Source: the human T2T-CHM13v2.0 reference genome, Homo sapiens. Taken from it: 64,000 bases of DNA. Where the stretch lies: assembly GCF_009914755.1 (NCBI RefSeq), contig NC_060925.1; one strand, given 5' to 3'. This document shows, piece after piece, positions 19,462 through 36,854 of the stretch. The notes beneath the pieces were generated by a model. The model saw only the letters and a program-made list of their open reading frames with translations. It was not told the origin of the DNA and made no database searches. The position numbers and the translations under genes were made by a program. Each line of letters begins with the position of its first letter. Position 1 is the stretch's first letter.

Positions 19462-20826
19462 TAACATCCATCCTGTAGGTGTTAGTTTATGGCCCCAACT
19501 TTATTATAAGTAAATTCCTTAAAGGAGGGGACGTGCCTCAATTGCTTCTGTATTTTCCATGGCACCTAGAACAATAGTAAGGTCTTAATAAATGTTGATG
19601 TGTTTATTAGGGAATGGGTTTTCACTTGATTTAACTATCAAGTTCCCCTTTATAAGGGGCTGGGGCCAGGAAAGCGGGTGGAGGCCCTTTATTAAACATT
19701 TATTGAGTACCTGTTCTCACTCCTTAGGTTTTCTCCAGTGATGTATTGCTTAAAAAGCATGTTCATGTGTTGTCTCATTTAATCCTTGCAGTAATGTGAT
19801 GGGTGTGAGCTGACTGTGAAAGTGACTCTCTAAGTCATTGCAATGCACTCTGTGGGAAGAATGTGCTAGCCCAGCAAGGCTGTCTTTGTGATGTCCGATG
19901 TGTACGTGCGTGGGGAGGCGCTCCCAAAAGCTGCGCTGGGGCAGGGTGTCCTGAACGGCGTTACCAGATGTATCTTGACAAAGAGGTTGGCACCACCATG
20001 AAGACCAATTCAACCAGCTCTCCTAGCCCAGCTTCCATGCTCTTCAAGGAGTCTTCCCACTGAACTTCCGAATACCCTTGTGTGAAACTGCCACAGGCAG
20101 TGAATGTGCTCATCAGCAAACCCAAGTATCTGGTTGGTTTGACAGGGGTTTTGTTATTCATTAGAAATGAATGAATTGGCATGTTGGCTGAATCCATTCC
20201 TCTCCTAGAGCTCAGTGAGTCTGCTCCTGAGCCTCCTAGCCTGTTGATAAGCAAGGTTTCTGAGCAGCAAAGTGAGGCTGCTCACTTTGGCAAACAGGTC
20301 TTCAGATGAGCCCGGCCACCATGTGAGGCCCTGTTGGCAGGCCAGGCTCTCCCCAGGCCCCACCTGGCCTCACCAATGGCTCTTGGATTCACAGAGGACT
20401 GCACATTGGACTGGGAGACAGGGCAAGCCAGGGGTCCCTTAGCAGAGAAGGGATCCCTGCCAGTAACTAGCCTGCTGTGAGTATGAAGTTGCCACTTACC
20501 AAGGACCCTCCTGATGGACACAACAAAGGCGATGGGTGATTGCTGCCAGGGCTCATAAAGAGGTGATTCAGAATCTAGCTGGGGGAACTTTGAAAGGTCA
20601 TTGCACCTTGACCCTAGCTTCCAGGCGGGACATGTGGTGAGTTCTGCTGCAATGGCTGGGTGCCCTCACAGGCCAGAGCTCAGGTTAATGCAGCTCAGAG
20701 CTCGAATTCTGATCACAGGAAGAGAATGGTGAGGAGGATGGAGGCAGGGGTGCTGGCTGGGCCCAGAACACCAAAGGCAGAGCTGAACACTTCCACTGGG
20801 AAGTGGGGGTTTTGGCCTCTTGGGCT

Positions 20827-21203
20827 GGGAAATTCCTGGCCGGCACTGTCTGTTTATCAGGGAAGCTGAGTCAGACTGAAACGTATCTCCTAAAAAGCTC
20901 TGCTATTTCTAGGATTCCATCCGGTCAAAGCCAGCCTCCTCTTCCCTGGGGAATTCCTTTGAGGGTGGAGAGATAGAGGGGACAGACTGGCCTTTTCCTA
21001 GACATGGAAACCTGAAATCTGAGTTTTTGCCCATTTATGGACCTGAAATCCCCTCCCCCACCTAGGATGACTCATCCCCCAGCTTGACCCAACTGCCCCT
21101 AGAGAGGGGAAAGGGTGAAACTGAGATGGTGGGATTAGCTCAGGGAGGGGGTTGGAGGCTGGAAAGAGAAAGGAAAAGACAACTGAAAAGGATGGGGAAT
21201 TCC
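20827..21203. promoter_or_regulatory. Candidate NF-kB/AP-1 enhancer
   Basis: GGGAAATTCC, GGGGAATTCC x2, TGAGTCA. Confidence 0.55.
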
Positions 21204-21636
21204 TTTGCAAAGAGATGGTGAGGAGAGGATTTCAGAGCCAAAAAGAGGCAGAATGAGAAAGAGAGAAAGATTTTCATCCCAGAGGGAAGCTGCATGCCTG
21301 GCAGAGTAAAAATCTTCCAGGTTAAGGTAGGTTCAGGCCCTCACCTTGAGTAAATTCTGGAACTTTAGTGTGATCAGAGCCACTTGCCGTGCTTGTGAAA
21401 ATGCAGAGATTCCCGTGCCCTCCCTGGGCTGTGATCCGCTTCCAGGCTCCTTCAGGGATCTGAAGTAGGAAGTTCTGAAACACAGAAAGAGGATTGACTG
21501 GGAATCCTTCTCCCAACCTGGGGCCTCTGCTGTATAAAGCGACTCACAACCCCTCTGCAGGTGCCAATGTCAGAGGCAGAGCCCTGGTCCAAGGGTGACG
21601 TTTCTAACATTCTTATAAAAATCTGTGAAAGACTTT

Positions 21637-21941
21637 GGCCAGGCCCAGTGGCTCAAGCCTGTGATCCCAGCACTTTAGGAGGCTGAGGCAGGTGGATCTC
21701 TTGAGGTGAGGAGTTCGAGACCAGCCTGGCCAACATGGCAAAACCCGTCTCTACTAAAAATACAAAAAAATTAGCTGGGTGTGGTGGCATGCACCTGTAG
21801 TCCCAGCTACTGGAGGAGCAGGGGGGCGCTGAGGTGGAGGATCGCTTGTGCTCAGGAGGTCGAGGCTGCAGTAAGCTGAGATTGCACCATTGTACTCCAG
21901 CCTGGGCCACAGAGTGAGATCCTGTGTCAAAAAAAAAAAAA
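21637..21941 (+). mobile_element. AluJ/S
   Basis: TSD aaagacttt. Confidence 0.9.
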
Positions 21942-22169
21942 GACTTTTTATCGGATGGAGAAAGCCAGTCCCCACCAGGCCAAATATGCCTCCTCATTGC
22001 AGCACTGCCCACCTCCCCACATAATCATATCAGAGAAGCTTTGGAAAGAACTGCTTTCCTAGTCAATACAATCCTAGGATCTTTACAGCCAGAAGGGACT
22101 TCTTCAGGTATCATCTGGCGGGATTTTTCACCTGAAGCAGAAATTCCTTCTAGCAACAACCCCCACATC

Positions 22170-23945
<1,776 letters not shown>

Positions 23946-23951
23946 TCATAC

Positions 23952-24251
23952 TTTTTTTTTTTTTTTTTTGAAACAGAGTCTTGCTCTGTCCCCATGGCTG
24001 GAGTGCAGTGGTGTGATCTTGGCTCACTGCAATCTCCACATCCTGGTTTCAAGTGACTCTCTTGCCTCAGCCTCCTGCATAGCTGGGATTACAGGCACAC
24101 GCCACCACACCTGGCTAATTTTTGTAATTTTAGTAGAGACTGGGTTTCATCATGTTGGCCAGGCTGGTCTCGAACACCTGACCTCAAGTGACCCACCTGC
24201 CTCAGCCTCCCAAAGTGCTGAGATTACAGGCATGAGTCACTGCGCCCGGCC
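23952..24251 (-). mobile_element. AluS
   Basis: Seen directly. Confidence 0.95.
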
Positions 24252-24319
24252 TGCATGAATGTCCTATGTAGGTGGTTGCCTTATCAAGCTGAATCTAGTG
24301 TCTCAGTAGCCCCCACTCA

Positions 24320-24352
24320 CTGGTCCTGGTCCTGGTCCTTGTCCTGGTCCTG
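24320..24352 (+). repeat. (CTGGTC)n hexamer repeat
   Basis: Seen directly. Confidence 0.8.
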
Positions 24353-24784
24353 CTCTCTGAGCCATGGCCTGTACATCTATTCTCTTTTCCAGAAGATCAA
24401 CCGTGTCATCTATTATGTGATTCCCACCCACTCCCCTTCCCCTACTTTAAAAGTGCCCAGACTCTTCAGCTAAGACCCAGGACTCTTCCTTTGTCCTGGG
24501 TCCATCCTTGTCCTCAAGACATGTGTGGGCTATCAGTCAGCGGGCTTCAGATTCTGACTCGCAGAGCTGAAGTCCGCCTCTAGAAGCTCTACTGGAGTGT
24601 GGGCACTGTGCTTTGCAGAGGACTGTTGCTTCCCAACAGTGCTCTGGATCACTGTCTCCCCTCTCACTTTATCTGCCCAAGGAGGGCCCAAGGCAGCTGA
24701 TGGGATGGAGCAGGGGGAGAGGTGAAGGGGTCATCTTGATGGTGGGTACTAACATGCTGCTGCAGTTTCCCTCCCTCTACACAG

Positions 24785-25056
24785 AGGACTGCCTGGACTT
24801 GCCCCGGGAAAGGGCTGAGGATGGGGAGAGGATTCCTACCAGGATTTCATGGTCCTGGTTGCAGAAGGCCCTTTGCTGTCTCTCAAAGCTGCTTCCCCAC
24901 CTCCCCCAACCCTCGTCATCATCTGGGTTCTTCACATTCCGGAAGCACTGATGTGGCACTAAATATTCCTGCAGCTTCAGCCTTCTCCCTTGGGGGCCCA
25001 CGTCATCGCTGTGAGCCTGGTTTCTGGAATGTTTTTGATATGAAGCATCCAGGCAG
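24785..25056 (+). other. Candidate cryptic or lncRNA exon
   Basis: TACTAAC branch point 24747-24753, pyrimidine tract, CAG acceptor, CAG|GTGAGG donor; one frame open throughout. Confidence 0.3.
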
Positions 25057-25484
25057 GTGAGGGGAAGGGCTGTGCAGGGTGGGATCCACAGTCCCTCATC
25101 TAGGTCTCTTTGGAACCAAGAAAATAGACATTCTCTTCCAGCTCAGATTTTCTTTCCCCAGAAGGCTTCCCCCACATCCACCCCCTCACCTTGCCCACAC
25201 TTCCCTCCACCTGGCTTAGAAGAGGTTACATAAGCAGATGCAGGAGGACACAGATGTTAGGACCGAATGGTTATGTTAGGATACAGATGTTAGGACTCTC
25301 CTTTCCTGAAAGTCCACCTCCCCCAGCCCCTGCTGAGATAGCACTGATGGAAAGGGCTGTGTCCTCTCCCTCCCTCCCCATTCCACACCCTGCGCGTCCC
25401 TTAGGTACAGGCTCTCCCTCCACTGTGTCCTCCTCTCCTCCATCCCCTCCAATTCTAGTCCTGTCCCTCACCCTTCAGCTTCTC

Positions 25485-26148
<664 letters not shown>

Positions 26149-26373
26149 TAGCTTTCTCTTGGGGCTTGTGGAGACTAGGAAAGGGCACTTGGGAAATTGG
26201 CATATTCCTTGTGCCTGCAAAAGAACCTGGCATATAATGGATGCTCATATAATAAATATTTATAAATAAACCTGGCATATAAATTTATAGTTCCTTCACT
26301 TACATTCTTTTATCCAATTCTCCAAACACCATGCCGTTCAAGTGAGTCTGTGGGATGCCAAACCTGGGTTTGA

Positions 26374-27165
<792 letters not shown>

Positions 27166-28389
27166 CCCAAACTCCCTTTCAACATGATCTGAACCAATAA
27201 CAATTTCTCACTGAATTGCATGCTACCTTACCCACAGCCTGTAACCTCCTTGAGGCTAAGATCTCTGTTTTTTTTTTTTTTTTGCACCAGGGATACAGCA
27301 ATTACCTCTGTCTTCTACTAAGCTTAGCACACAAAAGGGCTTGATTCATGAGAGGAATGAATAAAGGAGCACTGCTACCCCCACAGCTGAACTCTAAGCT
27401 TCTGGAGATAAACCCACCCCCTGGATTTTTTCCATGTTTACCCAGAGTCTAGCCCAGAGTTCCAGCACTGAGTAGGACCTCAGAGACTTAAGACCTAAGT
27501 ACTCCAGTGTCGCCTAAGCAATGTCTTGTTTGCTCTCCCATCTTGACCTCATAGTTGCCTTGCCCTCCCCATCTCCTTTGCAGACTCGTGACTTTGCCAG
27601 CTCAGCTCTCCAGGTGTGGGAGGGGAGGTCCAACGCGCTCCACTGGGCAGGCACCGACAGCCGGCAGGACAGGTGTGTTGTGGGGCCAGAGCCAGAGCTG
27701 GGGACGTTTGGAGGCCTCCTGTGACTACCAGAGTGGGTCGGGGTGGGGGAGGGAGGCTGCCTGAAGCCAGAGCCAGCCGGCTGCTGGCCGGCACTTTGTC
27801 CTCATCCTCCCTTTCATCCCCAGCCCTCGGAGCCTGGGAGTTTCTCAATGGAGCAGGCGTGTGGGGAATGCTCTGCAGGGGGCTGAGGGAGTTGGCGTAC
27901 GGTGGGGGTGGACATTCCAGGCATTCTTTGCTTTCTCTGGGAGTCAGGCAGTGAGGACGGAGGGGGGAAAAGCTGCCCAGCACCAGAGTAAAGGGGATTT
28001 CTTAGGAGGGAGAGAATAAAGGCTGTGGGGGTGTCTTTACGCAGCAGGAGCAGGGCTCAAGCAGACAGGAGCAGGGGTGGGAGGAGAAGGAGGCAGGTGG
28101 TGGGGGCAGGGTGGGATAATCTGCCAAATCCACTTCTACTTTAGTGCCAAAGGCCGGAAGAGCAACTGGGACCCTGGGCCCAGGGCCTTCCCACCTGTGT
28201 GCTTAATAGGGTCAGGCCAGAGCTACTGAGCTCACGTTTGTTTTGATTCGGCAGTTTTTCTATTTCCCATCCCTGGCAGCCTAGGGGAACGAGTATTAGG
28301 AGAAGGCTCAAAAACCTGCTCAGCACCATCCCTCCCCACCTCAGTCACCAAAGAGAACAGCAGGGCCTGCTTCCAATCACCTTTCTGGT

Positions 28390-28395
28390 TTTAAT
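28390..28395 (-). terminator. NUAK2: NUAK2 polyadenylation signal ATTAAA
   Basis: Plus-strand tttaat; followed on the minus strand by a U/GU-rich stretch (ctgttctctttgg). Confidence 0.75.
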
Positions 28396-28694
28396 GGTAC
28401 TTTTTGGCCACGGAGGTCCATTAGGTAGAGACCATTAGGTAAAGAGACTCAAGAGTGTGGAGTGGAGTGTGGGGGGTTGTGGGAGGAGGTGGAAATAGTT
28501 GCAAAAATATCTCTCTGTACACAAAACTTAGATGTCATAGTGGATTTTCCCAGAACATAGCATTCACATTATTGAAAACAGCAAGATTCACTTTTCCTAA
28601 AACACAAAGCCAAGAACATAAAAATAAATATGGACATTCTAGAGTCCTGAAGGCCTAGAGAACACATCCATAGTCTGGACTTTAGAGCAGCTTA

Positions 28695-29246
<552 letters not shown>

Positions 29247-29757
29247 TTACTCCAGACCATTCCCAGGATGCCTCATGCACATTAGGGGTGCCACCATCCA
29301 GTTCTGGTGGTTGGTAGGAACGGGAATGTGTGTGTAAAGAGGTCTGGCCCCACTTGGGCAGGGAATGAGTAGGGAAGGAGCTGTCCTTAGAAGGCACCAT
29401 GTGTACAGAGTATTCATGGGATGCAGGAGATGGGCCCTGGGAGAGTTCTCTTTCCAGGTCTCTGTGGCCCCCCCATGTACACAAGAAACAGGCAATGTGG
29501 ACTCTGTCGCGGGCATTCCCGTTCCCCTCTCTTTAGTATCCTCTTCGTTCAGCAGGGCTGAAGACAGACACTGAACCCTTGGCGCATTTCATTTGCCTAC
29601 TTCCCATATCCAGCCCTGCTCAGGGCTCCACTGCAAACCCTCTCAGCCTTCTGAGCTGGGATGCAGGTCCTGGGAGGTGGGGGAGAAGGCATCTCCCCTC
29701 GGGGTGCAACCAGCTGCATCTGAGAGCCTGACCGGGCTGGGGCAATGCCTACTCCAC

Positions 29758-30821
29758 TCAGGTGAGCTTTGAGCAGACCCTCAGTGCCTGTCGGTAGGTC
29801 GCTGTCACCTCCTGGCAGTCTGTCAGGGAAAAGCAGCTGTCCCCCAAAGGATCCTGCCGCCAGCGCCTCAGGCAGCTTCCAGGGCCCTCTGAGGGGGGCT
29901 CCTCAAGCCCCGTGAGGTTGTCCACAGACACACAGCCCCGCAGTGGGGGCTCTGGGAGCCGTTCAGGCAAGTCCAGCTGGTCAAAGGACTCAGAGGACAG
30001 GATGCTGTCCTCGCTCACAGCCCCTGAGGGTCGGCTGGCCCGGGCCAGGGGGCGAGGTGGGGCGAGTTCATCCAGGGAGCCGAAGGTGGTGGGGGCCGCG
30101 AGCTCCAAGGCTGTCTGGGAGAACTTGCCATTGAGTTTGAGGATGCCTTTGCGATGGAGGAGCAGCCCTGAAGCTTGCGGAGGCTTCTGCTCCTTGGGAT
30201 CCCCACTCACAAACACGTCGCCTGCGTCCAAGAGCTCCCCAGATTCACTGGGCTCGGGAGAGGAGTAGTAGCCAGACTCGCGCTGTCGGGGCTTCTTGAG
30301 AATGCCCTTCTTGGGGAGCAGGGGGGCAGCCTGCCCTGGGCTCGCAGGGATTGGGCTGAGCTCCGGAGGGTCCTCCTGTACCCCTTCTGCAGAGGCTGAC
30401 ACCTTCTTCTTGAGAATGCCCTTTGGCAGCTTGAGGTTGCTCTTGCCAGGGCGATGGGCAGTGTCATCAGCCGTGTCACTGTGGAGAGACTGGGCCATGT
30501 CATTCTCCTTGCGGGACTTCTTGAGCGAATGCTGGCGCTCCAGGCCAGGGGTGGTGCTTCCCCCACCAGGTGCATGCTGCTTGAAGAAGCTGCACACCTT
30601 GGCCCCATTCTCCAGGAGGGGGCGGGAGGAACGCCGGAGCCAGTCAGCCATGGAGGCGCGGGCAGAGTCACTGCCAGGGTGCCCACCCTCATGCGGAGCC
30701 TCCTGCTCTCCCACTCGGGTGGCGTAGCCCCAGTTGACCCACCAGTGACTGGCCACATCCTCCAGGGTGGCCCGGCGGGTGGGGTTCACCATCAACAGCC
30801 ACCGGATCAGGCCACAGGCAT
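29758..30821 (-). CDS. NUAK2: NUAK2 exon 7 coding part ([10 protein letters not shown]...VCSKLT*)
   Basis: Acceptor ttttgtcttccag|AT; three GILK motifs; ESGYYS; TGA at 29760-29758; 1064 nt. Confidence 0.97.
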
Positions 30822-31506
30822 CTGGAAGACAAAAGGCAGGTGCTTCAGTTTGGCAGCTCCCAGAATAGGCACTCCCTGTCCCCTGTCCCCAGCTCATCCC
30901 CTTTTGAGCTATGACACTGCATACTCCTGGGTCGGATGCGTCCCTTCCAACCTAGGGCTCTATACATGCCTTGGCCCAGGACAGCTCCCCAGTCCAGAGT
31001 TCCTGGACTGACTCCTCCAGCTGCCTCTCTGTCCTCTGACCCCTCAGGACTGTGACCCCTTCATAAGCCCTTGTGTGTATGTTGGTGTCTATCCTCTCTC
31101 TCTCCATTGAAATTCAACCCTCTGAGGGTAGAGACTGTGTTCAGGGTAAACTGGGTCTCTCACACCCTTCTTCCTGCCTTCTGAGTCATAGTGAAGGACA
31201 AAAAGATTTCTGAAGATGAGAACAAAAGCAATAGGAAATGAGACAACTGTAGCAAAGAAGATCTAAGTGAGACCTTAGGAACCACTTCCCAAATATAATC
31301 AAACATGCCCCTGTGGGAAAGAAAGAGCTATCCCCTCCTTCCCCAGAGGTCTCAACATTGGACATACGGTGGAGGGTACCCTAACCTACCATGGGCCATG
31401 ATGGACTGTTGCCCGTTTGACTTTAGTGCCACTGTGTAGTTTCTGCCTTAGGAATGAGTGAAGGACACCCCAGGCCTGGATAAGAACGCCCACACCTCTT
31501 ACTCAC

Positions 31507-31639
31507 CAGAGGGTTTAGGTGGCTCCCGGTAGGCCCCGTTGCTGATCTGTTTCACTAGGATCTTATGGTCATGCCCATCAAAGGGCATGGTGCCATGCAC
31601 CAGGATGTAGAGGAGAACACCCAGGGACCAGCTGTCCAC
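31507..31639 (-). CDS. NUAK2: NUAK2 exon 6 ([11 protein letters not shown]...PPKPS)
   Basis: Kinase subdomains IX-X; ctctctcag|GTG, G|GTGAGT; 133 nt. Confidence 0.97.
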
Positions 31640-31975
31640 CTGAGAGAGATGGGGGAGGTCAGCAGGGATGCCCATACCAGACAGGAAAATGTTACATGCT
31701 GGAGAACTCAGAGGCCAGCACACCTGAGGACGACCCACCTCTCCTACCCAGGGGCCAAGACGGGGATGCTGCAGAAGGGGTCTGAGATGTTGTCAATCGC
31801 ATTTCCTGCGAGGGACAGCCACAAGCACAAGAGCTACAGCCAGGTCATCTCTTCCGGGCTGGGGAAGGGGTGGTTGTGACAGATATCATCTCTACATCAC
31901 TCTCAGGAGGCTGGACTGGGTGCTGGGAAAGGTAACAGGAATGAGGAATGTGAGGGAGGCAAAGAACTAACCTAG

Positions 31976-32346
<371 letters not shown>

Positions 32347-32450
32347 TAGACACCTGGCAAGTTACTACTTTTTGGGAGGCTTGAGTTTTGTGCTCTGAAA
32401 ATGTGAATAACGAGAAAACTAGCCCATCAATCTCCCAGGATCTAAAGTCA

Positions 32451-32645
<195 letters not shown>

Positions 32646-34472
32646 TCATGTCAAGGCCTGGGTTTTTCTGCAGCTCTTGGCCCGCCCTTCTCCAGACCCT
32701 GGGGAAACCCAAGCTCCAATAGAAGGAAAGGGTCCCCATGACCCTTACCCCACACTGAGCACTGTCAGCATAGCTCAGGCCCTGGAAGAACGAACCCTGA
32801 GGAGCTGTGTCAATAAGGAGCATCTAGACAGAGCTTTGCGGGGGCTCCAGGATCCTCACTGCTCCCCAGACCACTTTGCTCACATGGCATTCCACTACAG
32901 AGATGCTGTCTCATGCCCATATCCCTTGGAAAGTCTCCCATCTCCTTCTAGAAGCCTAGAGTTTCCAATGCCTCCCTGGAGCCCCTGCTCATTAGATCTG
33001 CCTTCCAGACAGACTGTACACTCCCATGCTGACCTCCTTGCCCCCACCTCTCCTGCAGCTGCTAGCCCAGGTGAGACCCTGCATGAGGCTCTAATGATGT
33101 TTAGTGATGGAAAGGAGGGTCAGCCAGATGGAGGGGGAAAGCCAGCACCTCATGATAATGGCATGGCCCTCAGGAACAAGCAAGCCCTATAACCAATGAA
33201 CCACATAAGACTTGAGCTGCCCTTCCTAGCAAAGGGCTCATTCCTGTGTGCACACCGGGGCAAGAACTTGGTGGCAGGAACCTGGGGTCAGCCCAATATA
33301 GCTAAGAAGCAATAATGAGGGCAGAACAAACATCAGGGCTGTGGTTACAGCCCAAGACTCCCTGAACCATCTGATATTGAGGGCTTGAGAACCCAACCCC
33401 ATCGTCTCGTTGCCCGGAGAGACCCTGTCCCACCTATCCTCAGTTAGAGGCTGAGGCCATGCCCTGGTGCTCCCCACCTCTTCACCACATCAGAGGGTTA
33501 TGTGTATTCAGGGTGGGGAGGGGCTGTTTATGAAACTCTGGCTCCTTTGTTTATGGTTTTATTGGCCTCTTATCAAGCAGTTACCAGTTGAAGCCCATAA
33601 TGAAGCACATGATTGGTGCAGATAGGAAAGTTCATGCCTGTCCATGTTTGTGCCTGATTATGCGGGTTTACTGGCTCTGGCTTCCCTCCCTTCTGCTCAG
33701 CATCAAAGAAAGCCCCACCTGCTCCGGGAATTGGCTGGTAAGAGGGAATGAACTCAGTACCAGGGCACCTCAGGGTACAGGTCAAAAGCCACTGGAAGAG
33801 ACTATGTCCTGGGTTCAGGAAGATTCTGAAGAGGGTCAGAGTGCAGCGTCACCTTCCCAGATGCCTGCAGGGGCCAGCCTCCCTGTGCCATGTCCTTCCT
33901 CCAGCCCTGAGATCTCAGTTTATCCCATCAACATGAACTTCTCCATGCCTAAATTTAACTACTTAAGCATGGAAATCTAGCAGCTGCAGAAAGCAGGAAG
34001 CTGGAGCTGGAGTCCTTCATCTGTGGGAAGTTTCCAAAGGGCTATCTAATTGTACCAGATTAAAGCATGCATGTGTGTGTGTATGCAAGTGTGTACATAC
34101 ATGAGAAGAACTCAGGCCGGGCCTGTCCCAAGGTTGTAGCAAACCTGACCTTAGATCTAGACTCCTGTCAGCCTTATGACATCAAAGGAGCACTCATCTG
34201 GGAATCAGAAGATCTTGGTTCTAGTCCAGGCTCAGCCACGTGCTAGTTGTGTGATCTTGTGCAAAGCACCCCTCAGCTGAGGCTCCAGCTCTCCATCCAC
34301 ACAATGAGGTGTTGGAATGGATGATGGCTGAGGTCCCTACCAGTACCAATGAAGGTCAGCCTTGCTCAGCTCCTTCAGGAATCCACCAAGAGCTTAGAGC
34401 TACTTGGCTGGGGACAGTGCAGAAAAGCTGGGGTGGGCAAGGAGGCTTCTAGAAATAAGAAGTGGGACTCAC

Positions 34473-34538
34473 CTTGATATTCCCATTGGCATCCAAGAGG
34501 ATGTTCTCCAGCTTGAGATCTCGGTGGACAACTCTGTT
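34473..34538 (-). CDS. NUAK2: NUAK2 exon 4 (NRVVHRDLKLENILLDANGNIK)
   Basis: HRDLKLEN catalytic loop; acceptor ttctttcag|AAC, donor AAG|GTGAGT; 66 nt. Confidence 0.97.
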
Positions 34539-34888
34539 CTGAAAGAAGGAGAGGGCAGTCACGGGAAGGTCACCAGGGAAGGGAAGATGATGAGGGGCCC
34601 AGTCTGGAGACTGAGGTAAACACAAAGGGAGCCAAGTGGGCTTGAGCACAGGTAGGCTGGGAATGCCTATCTTTATCGGTATGTGCTGCAAGAAATCACG
34701 GGCCCTTCTATCCGCGGAGAAGGGACTCAAAGTCAGAGACACTGACATTTCCCTGAGAGTCCAGAATCTAGTTTTGCCTCTGTTTCTGTGTGATCCTGGA
34801 CAAGTCATGGAACCTCTCTGGTCCAAAACAGCCCTAGAGCCCTGGGGACCACCCACTGAGAATATGGCTGGAGCAGGTAGGTGCTCAC

Positions 34889-35040
34889 CTGATGGCAATA
34901 GTGCACGGCAGAGACGATCTGCCGGAAGAAATGCCTAGCTTCGCGCTCACTGAGCTGCTGCCGCTCGCTGATGTAGTCATAAAGGTCGCCCCGGCTGGCA
35001 TACTCCATGACGATCACGATCTTGCTGCTGTTCTCAAACA
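34889..35040 (-). CDS. NUAK2: NUAK2 exon 3 ([14 protein letters not shown]...VHYCHQ)
   Basis: Acceptor ctctgcccag|TG, donor CAG|GTGAGC; 152 nt. Confidence 0.97.
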
Positions 35041-35431
35041 CTGGGCAGAGCAAGGCAAGGAACGTCAGGCCCTCCCAGAGTGCACTGCTCTCCACTGGGG
35101 GTGACTCACTCCTCCCCGACCCCAGGCCCCAAACCAGACAGGACCCCCCTCCAGGAATATCTGCTAATGGGGCTATACGGTGGCAAATAAGGGCAGAAGA
35201 AGGGCCTTGGAAGTTCTCAGCATCTTCCAGGAGCCATGAGTTAAGGCCAAAGACACTGGCTCATCCTCTGCCTCCGTGGAAGTTCAGGCTTTTGGGAATT
35301 CTGAAAATGACCCTGCCCTTTCAGGAAGGCAGAGACGTCACTAGATGGGAATGAAAGGCCAGGCTCCTTGGTTCAAGAACCTGGTACTTTTTCACCTTGT
35401 GGCCTTGGGCAAATCTCTTCTAGATACATGA

Positions 35432-35933
<502 letters not shown>

Positions 35934-36854
35934 ACAGTTATGTTTATAATCAGTGCCCTCATGCATACATTTGAAAAATAAGGCCAATAATAATGTCTGT
36001 CTTGAGGATCAGAAGAGGGAATAAAAGTATATTAAAGTGGATCATGAACTATAAAGCACCAGGGAGAGCTGAGATATCCATCACCATCTCTGACTTCCAT
36101 CCAGAGGATCCAGGGCAGGGCCTCATGCATAAGGCCTTGTACACAGAAGCAATCAATACATATTTGGTAATTAATTGACTGGCTGGGTTCCTGGCAGCCA
36201 CCTCATCCCAGCTGGCTCATCTCTCTGGGTAGGAGTGGCCCTCTTGCCACTTGAAGACTAGGTAGGGAGTGGCTGGTTCACCAAACTGGCCCTTCTGCCT
36301 GGTGTGTATTAGAACATGTATGTCCCTGACATTGCATCTTTGTGTCAAACGGGTCCTATGAGTTTGGCTTGCTTGGCCTGCCCCAGAGCTAATGCTGTCT
36401 AGGCTCTGAGAAGGAGTGAAGTGAAGAGCCTTCTCCCTAGAGGAGTCCCAGCTTCCAGGGAATTGGATACATGGCCAGGAGGACTGTCCTTTTGTCCAGG
36501 GGGACAGGAATAAATGGCCCTTATCTGTGGAGGCCCAGCCTCCTGGGGATGCCTGGCTGAGACTCCACCCCTATGGCTCTCATCATCTCTGCAAGGGTGC
36601 ATGCAGCCTTTGTGCCATAAAATCGGGAGTCAAAAGCCAGCCAGGGCACATTTTGGAGAACAGCTAGGTTAGATGTCATTTCCCAGGACTGAGGCACACC
36701 CGCTACCTCACATCCCTTGAAGCCAGTAGCAGGAAGGGGATGAATTTGGGGGAGCCCCTCCAGACACACAGTAACTATGATGTTCTTATGTCTGTTGAAT
36801 CTGAAGGTGCCAGAGAAGCCATACCCTGAGCTGCAGTGCTCAGTTCCCAGATCC

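Noticed and set aside
19809-20063. Cys-rich ORF resembling a somatomedin-B spacing (CNALC...CLCDVRC)
   Set aside because: Lacks the terminal CC and splice context; TG-rich DNA yields Cys by chance.
20500-20574. 75-nt minus-strand exon candidate with GTAAGT donor (and one near 19965-20060)
   Set aside because: Poor acceptors; cannot be linked to other exons.
24777-25001. Minus-strand ORF with kringle-like or TIMP-like words (NPDDDE, QRAFCNQD)
   Set aside because: The required Cys patterns are absent.
30822-30897. N-terminal part of the 379-aa ORF
   Set aside because: Intronic; the true exon starts at the acceptor at 30821.
29912-31011. ORFs overlapping NUAK2 exon 7 in other frames and strands
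   Set aside because: Shadow ORFs of GC-rich coding sequence.
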